Shown here: positions 35,486 to 44,515 of the stretch, in pieces
Position numbering within the stretch: the first letter of the stretch is position 1
Layout of the letters: each line of letters opens with the position of its first letter
Sequence record: NC_042018.1
Length of the DNA stretch: 64,000 bases
Reading direction: 5' to 3' (one strand)
Notes under the pieces: model-generated
What the model saw: only the letters and a program-made list of their open reading frames with translations
The model's database searches: none
Told to the model about the DNA's origin: nothing
Translations under genes and position numbers: made by a program

Positions 35486-35761
35486 ATGCGTAAATTTGGA
35501 TCTCGTTTACTCAAGAACATCATCAGCGCCGTCATCCAACCTACCTTTGAGAAATCTCAGGCGTTGGAACCTATTCCTCCCCTCACTAGCGCGGACTTGT
35601 CTCTAAAGCACATGCCAGTAGAAGAGGTGGCAGAGTTCAGAGCGTTGAATGGTCGATACCCTGTGAGACATATACCTTTCGCGGTATTGTCAGTGCATCC
35701 GTGTGTTCGGGGTTTCCTCGCTATCTTTGAATCACAATCAACCAGGGCTCCTCATGCTTGA
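35486..35761 (+). CDS. hypothetical protein
   Basis: ATG 35486 after GAGGT. Confidence 0.65.
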   Translation: MRKFGSRLLKNIISAVIQPTFEKSQALEPIPPLTSADLSLKHMPVEEVAEFRALNGRYPVRHIPFAVLSVHPCVRGFLAIFESQSTRAPHA

Positions 35762-36011
35762 GAACTTACAGTACGTCGTATTCATCAACCCACAAATGCA
35801 GATCATGCCACGCTTCTCTCCTAATACTCATGTTGAGGTAGGTGAAGATAAAAAGCGGGTTCCGGTGTTGTTTGATGAGGCTATCATTCGTGGTGTCTTA
35901 CCGGCAAAGGTTATGGTGGTGGTACTCAACCCCAAAACCATGACGCCAGTAAAATCCACTGTGATTGAAAAGTGTGAAGTCTGGCCGCCGTTAATTGAAG
36001 AGATCGCGTAA
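35754..36011 (+). CDS. hypothetical protein
   Basis: ATG 35754 overlaps the upstream stop. Confidence 0.65.
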   Translation: MLENLQYVVFINPQMQIMPRFSPNTHVEVGEDKKRVPVLFDEAIIRGVLPAKVMVVVLNPKTMTPVKSTVIEKCEVWPPLIEEIA

Positions 36012-36014
36012 CCT

Positions 36015-36043
36015 ACTACTCCTACCCAAAAGGTAGGAGTAGT
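36015..36043 (+). terminator. intrinsic terminator (ACTCCTAC family)
   Basis: ACTACTCCTACC-CAAAA-GGTAGGAGTAGT-TTTT. Confidence 0.8.
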
Positions 36044-36088
36044 TTTTCACTGCCTTTTTATTTGTATGTTTGCTATTGGGTTTGAAAC

Positions 36089-36108
36089 CTATATTACTAT
36101 TATGAGAA
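36089..36108 (+). promoter_or_regulatory. putative early phage promoter
   Basis: CTATATTACTATTATGAGAA (TATATTAC core). Confidence 0.7.
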
Positions 36109-36130
36109 AAAGTGAAAAGGTTCTTTTATC

Positions 36131-36748
36131 ATGGCTAAATTTAATAAATTTGGACGGGAGTTTCTTTTAAATAAAGCAGCATGCCCAGACATGGTTTACT
36201 GGGCTTTACGATTTAGTGATGAGGGATTTTGGAATGCCGACAAAGATTCATGGATGGGGGCGTTTAATATACGGATTGACAAAACCACAATCCTCCTGCA
36301 CACCAGTAATGAAAACGACGACACCAATTTCCAGAAGTTCTTGTGGAAGCTGCATAAGCTGGAAACAGCAATAAAGCAGTTCATGGAAACAGCCAAGAAA
36401 GGTCCCAAAGGGTTTAAGAGCGTAAGGACCTGGCTTAACCCCGAAAACACCAAAGGCGAGCATTACTTTAACGGCTACGTGGTTCAGTCGTTTGAAGAAT
36501 CGTCGTTCTCACGTATCTCTATTGCCGACTGCAACCGATCTATCATCATGTCGTTTGCTGATGAGACCATTGGCGGTCGGTGGGCAAAACGGGAGAACAG
36601 AGACAACTACCGCCGACTCGAAAGCATAATCAAACAGATTGGCGCTATTCGAGAAGCAGCTAAACAAATCAATGAAAAAGTGGCAGCCCGTCCACCCGAA
36701 AAAGAAGATCGGGTTCCGGTGTCCACCATGAAAATTACAGTACGTTAA
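36131..36748 (+). CDS. hypothetical protein
   Basis: 205 aa. Confidence 0.8.
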   Translation: MAKFNKFGREFLLNKAACPDMVYWALRFSDEGFWNADKDSWMGAFNIRIDKTTILLHTSNENDDTNFQKFLWKLHKLETAIKQFMETAKKGPKGFKSVRTWLNPENTKGEHYFNGYVVQSFEESSFSRISIADCNRSIIMSFADETIGGRWAKRENRDNYRRLESIIKQIGAIREAAKQINEKVAARPPEKEDRVPVSTMKITVR

Positions 36749-36763
36749 TAAGGATAGAACCCT

Positions 36764-37135
36764 ATGGGACGTTTTACCCGTAATGTGGGTTATCGTAGCA
36801 AGCACAACAAACGTTGCCAGGAACTCAAAGAAGCTATCCTGAGAACGGCGGCAAATTATCGACGAGTATGTGAACTGGGACGCAACAAGAAACAGTTGTT
36901 GAGTTACATGCTTCGTCAATACAGTCGCAATAAAGTGGCTGCGGATTTACACACCATCAAAACCCTGCGGATAACCTTGGCGAAGCTGGCAAGGGAATCC
37001 AGACTGTATGAGCTGCAGCTGACTGAATTAAAAGCGCAGTACCATACCGCATACCAAAACCTTTTAACACGTATTACCAACAATAGAGGAACGAAAGATG
37101 CCGAATCAATCTCAAGCTCCAGCAGTTGTTACTAA
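36764..37135 (+). CDS. basic helical hypothetical protein
   Basis: 123 aa, RBS AAGGA. Confidence 0.7.
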   Translation: MGRFTRNVGYRSKHNKRCQELKEAILRTAANYRRVCELGRNKKQLLSYMLRQYSRNKVAADLHTIKTLRITLAKLARESRLYELQLTELKAQYHTAYQNLLTRITNNRGTKDAESISSSSSCY

Positions 37136-37478
37136 TCGTATCGCCCTGGTTTTAAAGGTCAATCACCTGGAAGCCATCGAAGGCGGGTTTGAATCCGGTG
37201 CGCCGTTTGTACTGGAGTACGAGAACAAGCAGGTCTTCCCGAATGAAGAAGCCCGCACGCTGTTCCTGAAGTCCATGCAGCTTATTCAAACCATCGAGTA
37301 CGGCTGGGACTATGCGGTGTATCGTGTAATTCCAGAAAACCGTGAAGTTCTCGTTGGACCAGGCGACTACCTCGTGGTCTTTGAAGACCGTAGTTTCGCT
37401 GCCTATGTAGGTGCCGGCGGTCTTAACATCATCAACCATCCAGAACTGGGTGACATCATTACGGTGAGCCGCGATTAA
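37098..37478 (+). CDS. hypothetical protein
   Basis: 126 aa, RBS AGAGGA; VGPGDYLV phage-type motif. Confidence 0.75.
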   Translation: MPNQSQAPAVVTNRIALVLKVNHLEAIEGGFESGAPFVLEYENKQVFPNEEARTLFLKSMQLIQTIEYGWDYAVYRVIPENREVLVGPGDYLVVFEDRSFAAYVGAGGLNIINHPELGDIITVSRD

Positions 37479-37480
37479 TC

Positions 37481-38416
37481 ATGACCACGGAGAAACCTAA
37501 AATGACCAGCACGCCCTTAGAGCTCTTCGAAGCTTTTGAAGAGTTACAGTCTGACATCTTTGCCAAACACGAAGGTGAGAGTATTACACCTGAGTTATTA
37601 GGTCGGGTTGAAGCTGATTTCTTCGATGCAATTAACCTGTGGCGTTACCGTCCCTCGTTGATTCCTCGTACTAAGGGCCGTCTGTTGTCCGTAAAGGTAA
37701 CAGTAAATGAAGCGGGTAATGGCCTTACTGTTACTCCCAGCGATGATCTGAAAACAATCCTGGAAGATCTCATTCGTGAGGCCCTCCGTGATAAGAACTC
37801 GTTTCACTCAAGGAATCACCCGATGCTTGAATCTGGACATTTCCGCTCACAGCTTAACCTGTTTGTAAAATACGACGGTCGACTGCTTAATCCGTTCTTG
37901 TCAACCATAGAACGGCCTGATGCAGAGAACCAGCACGTTGAACACCTGTTCATCGGATTCAGAAAATCTTTCGATCGGTTATTCCATACCGATGGGTTTG
38001 AGAAAGAGTTCCCTGACCTCATCCGTCGGGCAGAACAATCCGGTAAAGCGACTCTGGCTAAATCCCATGTCGAGATTATCGTTATCAAGAGCGCGATGGG
38101 AATAAACCCTGAAACCTTGGTTAACGAACATAATCTGGGCGAGTACACCGGTCCTAAGCTGGTGTTAAGTGGGGGAGCGATAGATGTACTGCACAAGCTG
38201 TTTTGGTTCGGCCCGCAAAACGTTGGCGACTTGCCTTCAAAAGCAGGTGAAAGCGAATTGCGAGAACTGGGCTATTGTCAGCGTATGCTTGTAAAGAACG
38301 CACCCAAAGACAGAGACCAGTGTGTCATCATGTTAACCGCCCCAGGGCTGCTGTACGCAATTAAGCAGTACCAAGCAGCCAAAAACTTACCACCGTCTGA
38401 TTCAGCAAAACTGTAA
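37481..38416 (+). CDS. hypothetical protein
   Basis: 311 aa; GPQNVGDLPSKAG motif. Confidence 0.8.
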   Translation: MTTEKPKMTSTPLELFEAFEELQSDIFAKHEGESITPELLGRVEADFFDAINLWRYRPSLIPRTKGRLLSVKVTVNEAGNGLTVTPSDDLKTILEDLIREALRDKNSFHSRNHPMLESGHFRSQLNLFVKYDGRLLNPFLSTIERPDAENQHVEHLFIGFRKSFDRLFHTDGFEKEFPDLIRRAEQSGKATLAKSHVEIIVIKSAMGINPETLVNEHNLGEYTGPKLVLSGGAIDVLHKLFWFGPQNVGDLPSKAGESELRELGYCQRMLVKNAPKDRDQCVIMLTAPGLLYAIKQYQAAKNLPPSDSAKL

Positions 38417-38421
38417 CGTAT

Positions 38422-38447
38422 CAGGTGAGGGCTGATGCCCTCACCTG
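38422..38447 (+). terminator. intrinsic terminator
   Basis: CAGGTGAGGGC-TGAT-GCCCTCACCTG. Confidence 0.75.
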
Positions 38448-38522
38448 TGATTAGTTTTTACTGTCGGTATTATGGTATTAGTCAAGCACATTTACTGACT
38501 TTACGGAATAGGATAATAAGCA

Positions 38523-39362
38523 ATGAAACAATATTTAGATATGGCGCGTCATGTACTGGAAACCGGCGTTGAAAAGAAAGACCGTACCGGCACAGGGACC
38601 CTGTCTGTATTTGGTTACCAAATGCGTTTTGACCTGGGTGAGGGTTTCCCGCTGGTGACCACGAAGAAGTGCCATATGCGTTCTATTATCCATGAACTGC
38701 TGTGGTTCCTTAAAGGCGACACCAACATTCAATACCTCACTGACAACGGTGTCACCATTTGGGATGAGTGGGCGCTGAAAGAAGACGAAATCGTCGAATA
38801 CCCAATGTCCAATTCTGACCGTGTGGGTTATGCAGTAACCAACGGTCTATGGTCTGATGGGGGTTCTCGCTTAATTGCCAAACTTAACAAGCTGGGTGAG
38901 GAAGAAGGAAACCTCTACCTGGATACGCTGGGCGTGCCGCGCAGTGAGAAATATGTTAATCGTAAAAAGGGCGACCTGGGTCCAGTTTACGGCAAGCAGT
39001 GGCGTAACTGGGACGCAACCTCCCGTCGTGGTATGATTGCCGGTCAGGCCGAAAGTATCGACCAAATTGCAGTGGTCATGGATCAGCTGAGAAAAGACCC
39101 TGATAGTCGCCGTATCATCGTGTCAGCCTGGAACGTTGCAGAGCTGTCGCAAATGGCCTTGGCTCCGTGTCATGCCTTCTTCCAGTTCTATACTCGTGAA
39201 CTGAGTTTTGAAGAGCGTGAGAAATGGGTCATTATGAACGATGAAGATGAGAAGCTGGAAAACTATCTTAACGAGAGAATGGTTGACAAAGAGCTTAACG
39301 AGATGTGGATGAACGATCGTAACGTTCCAACTCGAGCGCTGTCTTGTCAACTCTATCAGCGT
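38523..39362 (+). CDS. thyA: thymidylate synthase, exon 1 (280 codons)
   Basis: [39 protein letters not shown] (catalytic Cys); ends CQLYQR. Confidence 0.93.
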
Positions 39363-40451
39363 AAACAACACTGCGCCTTCTAGTGGTGACACTAGTCGAA
39401 GAACACTCCCTAAAACGGGAAGAACTCCAATTGGAGAGAATCCGTTACTAAGTAATCCATTTCCAGGCATACTTCTTTTTTAAAAAGGAGGTTGTTATGG
39501 AAGCTGTGTGTTATATCCTCTCTTTTAAGAAAGAAGGAAAAGTGAAAACGTACATTGGTCATACGGTTGAGTTTGATAAACGTTTAGCTCGTCATCTCAG
39601 AGAGCTTAAGCAAGGTAACCACCACAACAGTGAGTTACAAGCTTTATATAACGAAGGCTGGGAATTTGACAGCCACAAGCTCATTCCTGTTAAGAATAAA
39701 GTTTTGGCTCACAAGTTAGAGCAGGAACATATTCTCAATAGCCAAAATAATCCTGACGTCGTCAATATTGAATGTGGTAATGACACTTACACCAACAATC
39801 CTCGTAAAGAGGAAATACGGGTGAAACTGATTACTCATTTAAAGAACTTCATGGACAGTCTTTCTGAGGAAGAAAAGAAAGAAGTCTATGGACGGGTTGG
39901 CGAAGAAAATGGAATGTACGGTTCTACTCACTCCGAAGAAGCACGCAAAATAATCAGTGAAAAAGTTAAGGCTTATTACGAGACACATGACGCACCTGCT
40001 AAAGGTAGAAAGCTTACCGATGAGCAACGTGCTCTTTTGTCCATTCTTGCATCCAATCGTACCGGTGAGTCTAATCCCTTCTATGGTAAGACTCATAGTG
40101 ACGAAACCCGCAAGAAAATAGCCGAAGCTAAAAAGGGTAACCTCCCTGTTAACTCGAAGCAGGTATCGATTAACGGTGTGGTTTATAAAAGTATGTCAGA
40201 AGGTGCGAGAGATGTTGGTGTTAATCCAACCGTTGCTCTTTGGCGTATTAAAAGCGTTAACCCGAAGTATGCTGATTGGAAATGGGTTTAAATGTCCAAC
40301 GACCAGAACGTGATTGTTCGTAGGGTTCAAGTGAACTCGAAATGGGAGAGCTTCTGCATATGCAGAAGGTGATATGGTCTGATCTGCATGGTGACATGCA
40401 GCTGCAAGTAATGTTGCGGGGTGGGAGTAACGAACCCACCTGAACATATTG
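39363..40451 (+). mobile_element. group I self-splicing intron (1089 nt) in thyA
   Basis: 5' exon ends in U and intron ends in G. P1 GCGU/GCGC(39373-76); P10 CACU(39369-72)/AGUG; P7 GACCA(40301-05)/UGGUC(40375-79); P8 hairpin 40351-68. Splicing restores YQR|[11 protein letters not shown]. Confidence 0.9.
39497..40291 (+). CDS. intron-encoded GIY-YIG homing endonuclease (I-TevI-like architecture)
   Basis: CYI..YIG, KRLARH, HHNSELQ..YN, LEQ..I, NUMOD3-like repeats (GMYGSTHSEEAR, PFYGKTHSDETR), C-terminal HTH. Confidence 0.9.
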   Translation: MEAVCYILSFKKEGKVKTYIGHTVEFDKRLARHLRELKQGNHHNSELQALYNEGWEFDSHKLIPVKNKVLAHKLEQEHILNSQNNPDVVNIECGNDTYTNNPRKEEIRVKLITHLKNFMDSLSEEEKKEVYGRVGEENGMYGSTHSEEARKIISEKVKAYYETHDAPAKGRKLTDEQRALLSILASNRTGESNPFYGKTHSDETRKKIAEAKKGNLPVNSKQVSINGVVYKSMSEGARDVGVNPTVALWRIKSVNPKYADWKWV

Positions 40452-40748
40452 AGTGCTGACGTCTTCCTCGGCGTGCCGTTTAACATCGCCAGCTACGCGC
40501 TGCTGATTCACATGGTTGCTCAACAGGTTAACATGGTGCCTGAAGAGTTCGTGTGGACAGGCGGTGATGTGCATCTGTACTCTAACCACCTGGAACAGAT
40601 TAAAGAACAGCTGACCCGTGAACCACGTCCGCTGCCAAAACTGGTTATCAAACATAAGCCGGCCTCTATCTTTGAATATAACTTCATTGACTTTGAGCTG
40701 CAGGATTATGATTCACATCCGACCATCAAAGCACCGGTCGCGATTTAA
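40452..40748 (+). CDS. thyA: thymidylate synthase, exon 2 (98 aa)
   Basis: [40 protein letters not shown]. Confidence 0.93.
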   Translation, partial: SADVFLGVPFNIASYALLIHMVAQQVNMVPEEFVWTGGDVHLYSNHLEQIKEQLTREPRPLPKLVIKHKPASIFEYNFIDFELQDYDSHPTIKAPVAI

Positions 40749-40762
40749 AACCATTTAATCTA

Positions 40763-40792
40763 TACTCCTACTCCCGTTGGGGAGTAGGAGTA
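40763..40792. terminator. bidirectional terminator (ACTCCTACTCCC family)
   Basis: TACTCCTACTCCC-GTTG-GGGAGTAGGAGTA between convergent genes. Confidence 0.8.
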
Positions 40793-40802
40793 TTTATATT
40801 GC

Positions 40803-41729
40803 TTATTTTTTGCTTGCAATAAATTCAGAGAGTTTATTACATTCGGTGACGATAGCCAGGTTCAATTTGGTTACCTTAGCCACAGCGGTAATCCAAATCT
40901 TAAGCATCTCCATTACTTGACGAACGGTAACACCCTTTTCCCGTTCCGGCGCTTGTGAGTCATCGGTAGTCAAGCCCAGAGATTTTAGATGCTCAAACGA
41001 TTCGTAATACTTCTTGTAGAACGATTCGCTGCCTTGCAGGGATTTGAACTCTAGGTCCGCGTGCTCAACATAATACTCACATGTGCTGAGCGTTTGGGAG
41101 AAGTCTGTGGATGAAAAGGTTTTCTCATCCCCACCGGCGCTGATTAACTTCTTGGCGTAACCTTCCAGATCGTTGTAGAGTTTCGGCTCAACGTCTTTGC
41201 GTTTTTCCAGCTCGGTTAACGCATGGTCAAGGACGTTCTTACGCTCTTCAGCAATCTTGATGATTTTGTCACCGCGTGCTTTAACGTCGTCTTCGATATC
41301 GATGATTTTCATCTTCTCTTTGAACTCGACGGTGTTCACTACCTTCTTGCATTCCAGCAAGCTGGCTTTGGTTTCTTTCACAGCGGTTTCAGCGGTCTTC
41401 TTCTTAAAGAAGAAATCCCAGATACCACGGAAGATCTTCTGGATATACTCCAGCGCTTTACCGAAGGTTTTCTTGATGGTATCCATCGCCCCTTCGTTAC
41501 CGTCACGCATCATCGGTACAATGCCTTGAGCGTACAGTGCGCCATGCAGGTATTCCTGTGCGTGGGTCAGTCCTTCCACACCAGTTACCGGTGAGATGGT
41601 GTCAATCACGCCGTCCATTACCTGCTCGATGTGCTCTGGCAGACCGTCAAAGTCTTCAGCCTGAATATCAACACCTGGAGTTTCAGGAGCAAGGCCTTTG
41701 ATTTCCAGGAAATCTTCGTAGTACGTCAT
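40803..41729 (-). CDS. putative phiKZ-type internal head protein
   Basis: Acidic N-terminus, AQEYLHGALYAQG..GNE|G.MDTIKK..IWDFFF; late motif upstream on the minus strand. Confidence 0.65.
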   Translation of the reverse strand: MTYYEDFLEIKGLAPETPGVDIQAEDFDGLPEHIEQVMDGVIDTISPVTGVEGLTHAQEYLHGALYAQGIVPMMRDGNEGAMDTIKKTFGKALEYIQKIFRGIWDFFFKKKTAETAVKETKASLLECKKVVNTVEFKEKMKIIDIEDDVKARGDKIIKIAEERKNVLDHALTELEKRKDVEPKLYNDLEGYAKKLISAGGDEKTFSSTDFSQTLSTCEYYVEHADLEFKSLQGSESFYKKYYESFEHLKSLGLTTDDSQAPEREKGVTVRQVMEMLKIWITAVAKVTKLNLAIVTECNKLSEFIASKK

Positions 41730-41762
41730 AATGTTCTATCCTGTCTGAATAAGGGTTAAAGT

Positions 41763-41771
41763 CATAACATT
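41763..41771 (-). promoter_or_regulatory. putative late promoter (TATG), minus strand
   Basis: Reverse complement reads AATGTTATG. Confidence 0.55.
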
Positions 41772-41788
41772 CTTATTAATTTTCACAC

Positions 41789-41808
41789 CTACATTATCTA
41801 TATGTATT
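41789..41808 (+). promoter_or_regulatory. putative early phage promoter
   Basis: CTACATTATCTATATGTA; identical context to 20589. Confidence 0.75.
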
Positions 41809-41838
41809 AGCAACCCTTGATGAATAAAGGATAGAGAA

Positions 41839-43518
41839 ATGACCGACATGTTTACTCCATGTAATAGCAACGACATCGATTTCAACAAGCTGGCACCGCA
41901 GACGTTCTATAAAGGTGATGAAGTTCGAGTGATTGTTGACCATGTGGTTAAAGAAGTGGAAGCGATGGTAACATCGACCATGGGCCCGAACGGTCGTCTG
42001 GCGGTAATCAGTTACGGTACCGAACCCAAGACCACCAAAGACGGCGTCACTGTAGCGCGCAGCATTAAGTTCACCAACGAAGCTGCCGAGTACATCAACC
42101 GTATCATCACTGAGCCGGCTCTGAAAACCGACGAAGAGTGTGGCGATGGTACCACGACAACAATCTTCTTAACCAAGCTGTTGTACGATCTGATGATTGA
42201 ACACAACACCTTCCTGAAACATAAACGCATTGAAGAAATCGTGCAGTTTATGATTCTTAAACTCAAAGAGATGGCTATTCTGCCGGACGTGAACAGCGAA
42301 GAGCTAGCAGCGTTGGCGTTAACCAGTAGTAACAACGACCAGGCCATTGCGACCACGGTAGTACAAACGTACCGTGATTCTGAAACCGGGTTCCCACACA
42401 TTGAGTTGCGTTCTGGTAGCCAGCCGCATGACGTGGTAGAACCTATTGCTGGTTTACCGCTGCGCATGAAGTTCGCTAACGCCGCGTTCAGTCGTTACGG
42501 TAACGGCGAGAACACCACGCTGACAGATTACGTGGCTGTGGGTGTGGATGCATTGTTGAGCGTTCCTAATGACGACGTTGGCAAGGTGTATCTCGAAGCG
42601 CTGAAAGAGCTGGCTGATAAATACCCGAACCGTCCTATTCTGTTAATTGGTCGCAGCATTGAAATCGATCTGTGCAACCTGGTGATGCAAGTTAACCGCC
42701 ACAAGAACTCCTGGATTATTCCGGTAACCACTGGGCTGGGCGGTACGCTGGCAACCTTGCTGTTGGGCGATATCTTAACGGTGCTGGGTGGTAAGCTGGT
42801 GACCTCGGTTAGCGAAGTGGCGTCTGTGGAATTAATCCCGTCGTCAGATGAGCTGGTGTTGGGTTCTGACCGTGGGTTGGTAACTAAGCTGACCGCTGAA
42901 TCTCAAGAGCGTGTGAATGCACGTATTGCAGAAGTTCAGGAAACCTTAAACCAGCTACAACAGGCTGACCGTTTCAGCTTACGTTCTCGTTTCACTGAAA
43001 GTCGTATCCGTGATTTGAAAGGCGAACTGATTGTTATCTATGTAGGTGGCGAAACCCAGTCCGAAGTCAAAGAGCGCATCGACCGTTTCGAAGACGTAAA
43101 CAAAGCGGTACGCAGTGCACTGGATAACGGCATCCTGCCGGGGTCGGGCTATGCCATGCGTGAACTGGGAACGGAAGTTATGCGTAACTTCGATAACGAA
43201 GAAGATCTCGAACTGGTGGGGGATATCTTCAATATCTGTTATCAACAATACTTCCGTCTATTTGGTTCGTTGGGTCTCTTTGATGCCCATCGTTATCTTG
43301 AACTGGTGGACCAAATGGATGTGGATACTCTGGGCAGTGAGTTCAGTCGTTACATTAACCTGGCAACGGGTGAAGAAGGTCTGCCGCATGAAATCGGTGT
43401 CTTCGATACTGCGTATGCTTCTATCACCGCATTGCGTGGTGGTCTGAAGACGGCGAAGATTCTGGCGCAAACCAGCACCATTCTGCTGGGTAGCAAACTG
43501 GGCTCTCGTCAATTCTAA
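41839..43518 (+). CDS. groEL: phage-encoded GroEL-like chaperonin
   Basis: STMGPNG, TTKDGVTVA, GDGTTT, GGET..EVKE..DR.ED, GILPGSG; 559 aa, no GGM tail. Confidence 0.92.
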   Translation: MTDMFTPCNSNDIDFNKLAPQTFYKGDEVRVIVDHVVKEVEAMVTSTMGPNGRLAVISYGTEPKTTKDGVTVARSIKFTNEAAEYINRIITEPALKTDEECGDGTTTTIFLTKLLYDLMIEHNTFLKHKRIEEIVQFMILKLKEMAILPDVNSEELAALALTSSNNDQAIATTVVQTYRDSETGFPHIELRSGSQPHDVVEPIAGLPLRMKFANAAFSRYGNGENTTLTDYVAVGVDALLSVPNDDVGKVYLEALKELADKYPNRPILLIGRSIEIDLCNLVMQVNRHKNSWIIPVTTGLGGTLATLLLGDILTVLGGKLVTSVSEVASVELIPSSDELVLGSDRGLVTKLTAESQERVNARIAEVQETLNQLQQADRFSLRSRFTESRIRDLKGELIVIYVGGETQSEVKERIDRFEDVNKAVRSALDNGILPGSGYAMRELGTEVMRNFDNEEDLELVGDIFNICYQQYFRLFGSLGLFDAHRYLELVDQMDVDTLGSEFSRYINLATGEEGLPHEIGVFDTAYASITALRGGLKTAKILAQTSTILLGSKLGSRQF

Positions 43519-43525
43519 ATAATAC

Positions 43526-43545
43526 AAGGGGGCTTCGGCTCCCTT
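43526..43545 (+). terminator. intrinsic terminator
   Basis: AAGGGGGC-TTCG-GCTCCCTT followed by a T-run. Confidence 0.7.
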
Positions 43546-43564
43546 TATTTTTTGTAGGTAAATC

Positions 43565-43825
43565 ATGTTAACCAAACATATGCGCTTGTTGTTAAAACCT
43601 GGGTTTCTGCTGTACCTGTTTGTAGCGCTGGTTATGGAACGGTTCTCTTTCACCGAATTGGGCCGTACCTTTATTCAACTTCACCTGCTATCCACCATCA
43701 CCATTATTCTGCTGCACGGATTGCCTTTACGGGAAGCGTTTAAGATTAAGTACATGCTGTTGATAATGGTTAGCTCATTAGGATTTTACTGCTTGTTCCA
43801 TATTGTGTTAGCTTCTCTTTATTAA
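43565..43825 (+). CDS. small multi-TM membrane protein
   Basis: 86 aa, about 3 hydrophobic helices; RBS AGGT. Confidence 0.7.
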   Translation: MLTKHMRLLLKPGFLLYLFVALVMERFSFTELGRTFIQLHLLSTITIILLHGLPLREAFKIKYMLLIMVSSLGFYCLFHIVLASLY

Positions 43826-43839
43826 AAGGATAATTCGCG

Positions 43840-44427
43840 ATGTCCGCAAAACTGTATTTCTATTATGGTGCCATGAATGGGGCAAAGACCACACAGCTCA
43901 TTCAGAACGCATATAACTATCAAGAGCGCAAGATGCTGCCGGTGGTGATTAAGCCTAGCATGGATACCCGTGAAGGTGAAAAGCCGCGTGTGATTAGCCG
44001 TATTGGCTTAGAGTACCCTGCCATGATTGTGGAGTCCTACAACACCGACGCCATGATTGCGGCCTGCAAAGACATTCTGGCTACCGGTGTGAACGTGGTC
44101 ATGGTAGACGAGTCGCAGTTCTTTAGCGTAGAACAGATTCGTGTACTGGAAGACCTGGTTGACGAACACAACATTCCGGTGGTGTGCTACGGTCTGCGTA
44201 ACAGCTTTAATAATGCCGGTTTCGAATCCATTGACTGGCTGTTGCGTAATGCCGACAAAATGGTTGAAGTCAAAAACATCTGCTTCTGCGGCGCGAAAGC
44301 CACTCACAACCTCATGGTCGTAGAAGGCAAGCCGGTAAAAGAAGCGGACAGTCCGGTTTGTGTGGGTGGGAACACCCTGTACCATGCGGTTTGCCGACGT
44401 CACTTTAAACGCGGGCAGTTCGAATAA
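43840..44427 (+). CDS. tdk: thymidine kinase
   Basis: YGAMNGAKTT P-loop, VDESQF, YGLRNSF, zinc site C.CG...YHAVCRRH. Confidence 0.93.
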   Translation: MSAKLYFYYGAMNGAKTTQLIQNAYNYQERKMLPVVIKPSMDTREGEKPRVISRIGLEYPAMIVESYNTDAMIAACKDILATGVNVVMVDESQFFSVEQIRVLEDLVDEHNIPVVCYGLRNSFNNAGFESIDWLLRNADKMVEVKNICFCGAKATHNLMVVEGKPVKEADSPVCVGGNTLYHAVCRRHFKRGQFE

Positions 44428-44428
44428 G

Positions 44429-44479
44429 AATTCTATGGTAGGTCTTTACTCTAACCTCCCCTCACCGGGAGGTTAGGGT
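44429..44479 (+). promoter_or_regulatory. late TATG motif followed by leader/terminator hairpin
   Basis: AATTCTATGGTAGGT, then 12-13 bp stem 44448-44479. Confidence 0.5.
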
Positions 44480-44515
44480 GTTATCCATGGTTTTTATTTT
44501 TTTCGGAACTCCGCC

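Noticed and set aside
38523-40748. thyA as a pseudogene or as two separate genes (ORFs 38523-39383 and 40449-40748)
   Set aside because: Group I intron hallmarks and exact in-frame restoration explain the split. KQHCAF* and the TTG start are intron sequence.
38523-44427. Modified-base (hypermodified DNA) pathway
   Set aside because: ThyA retains canonical YQRS.D and PFN residues, and no glycosyl-, hydroxymethyl- or queuosine-pathway genes are present. thyA, tdk and the MazG-like gene fit ordinary dTTP supply.
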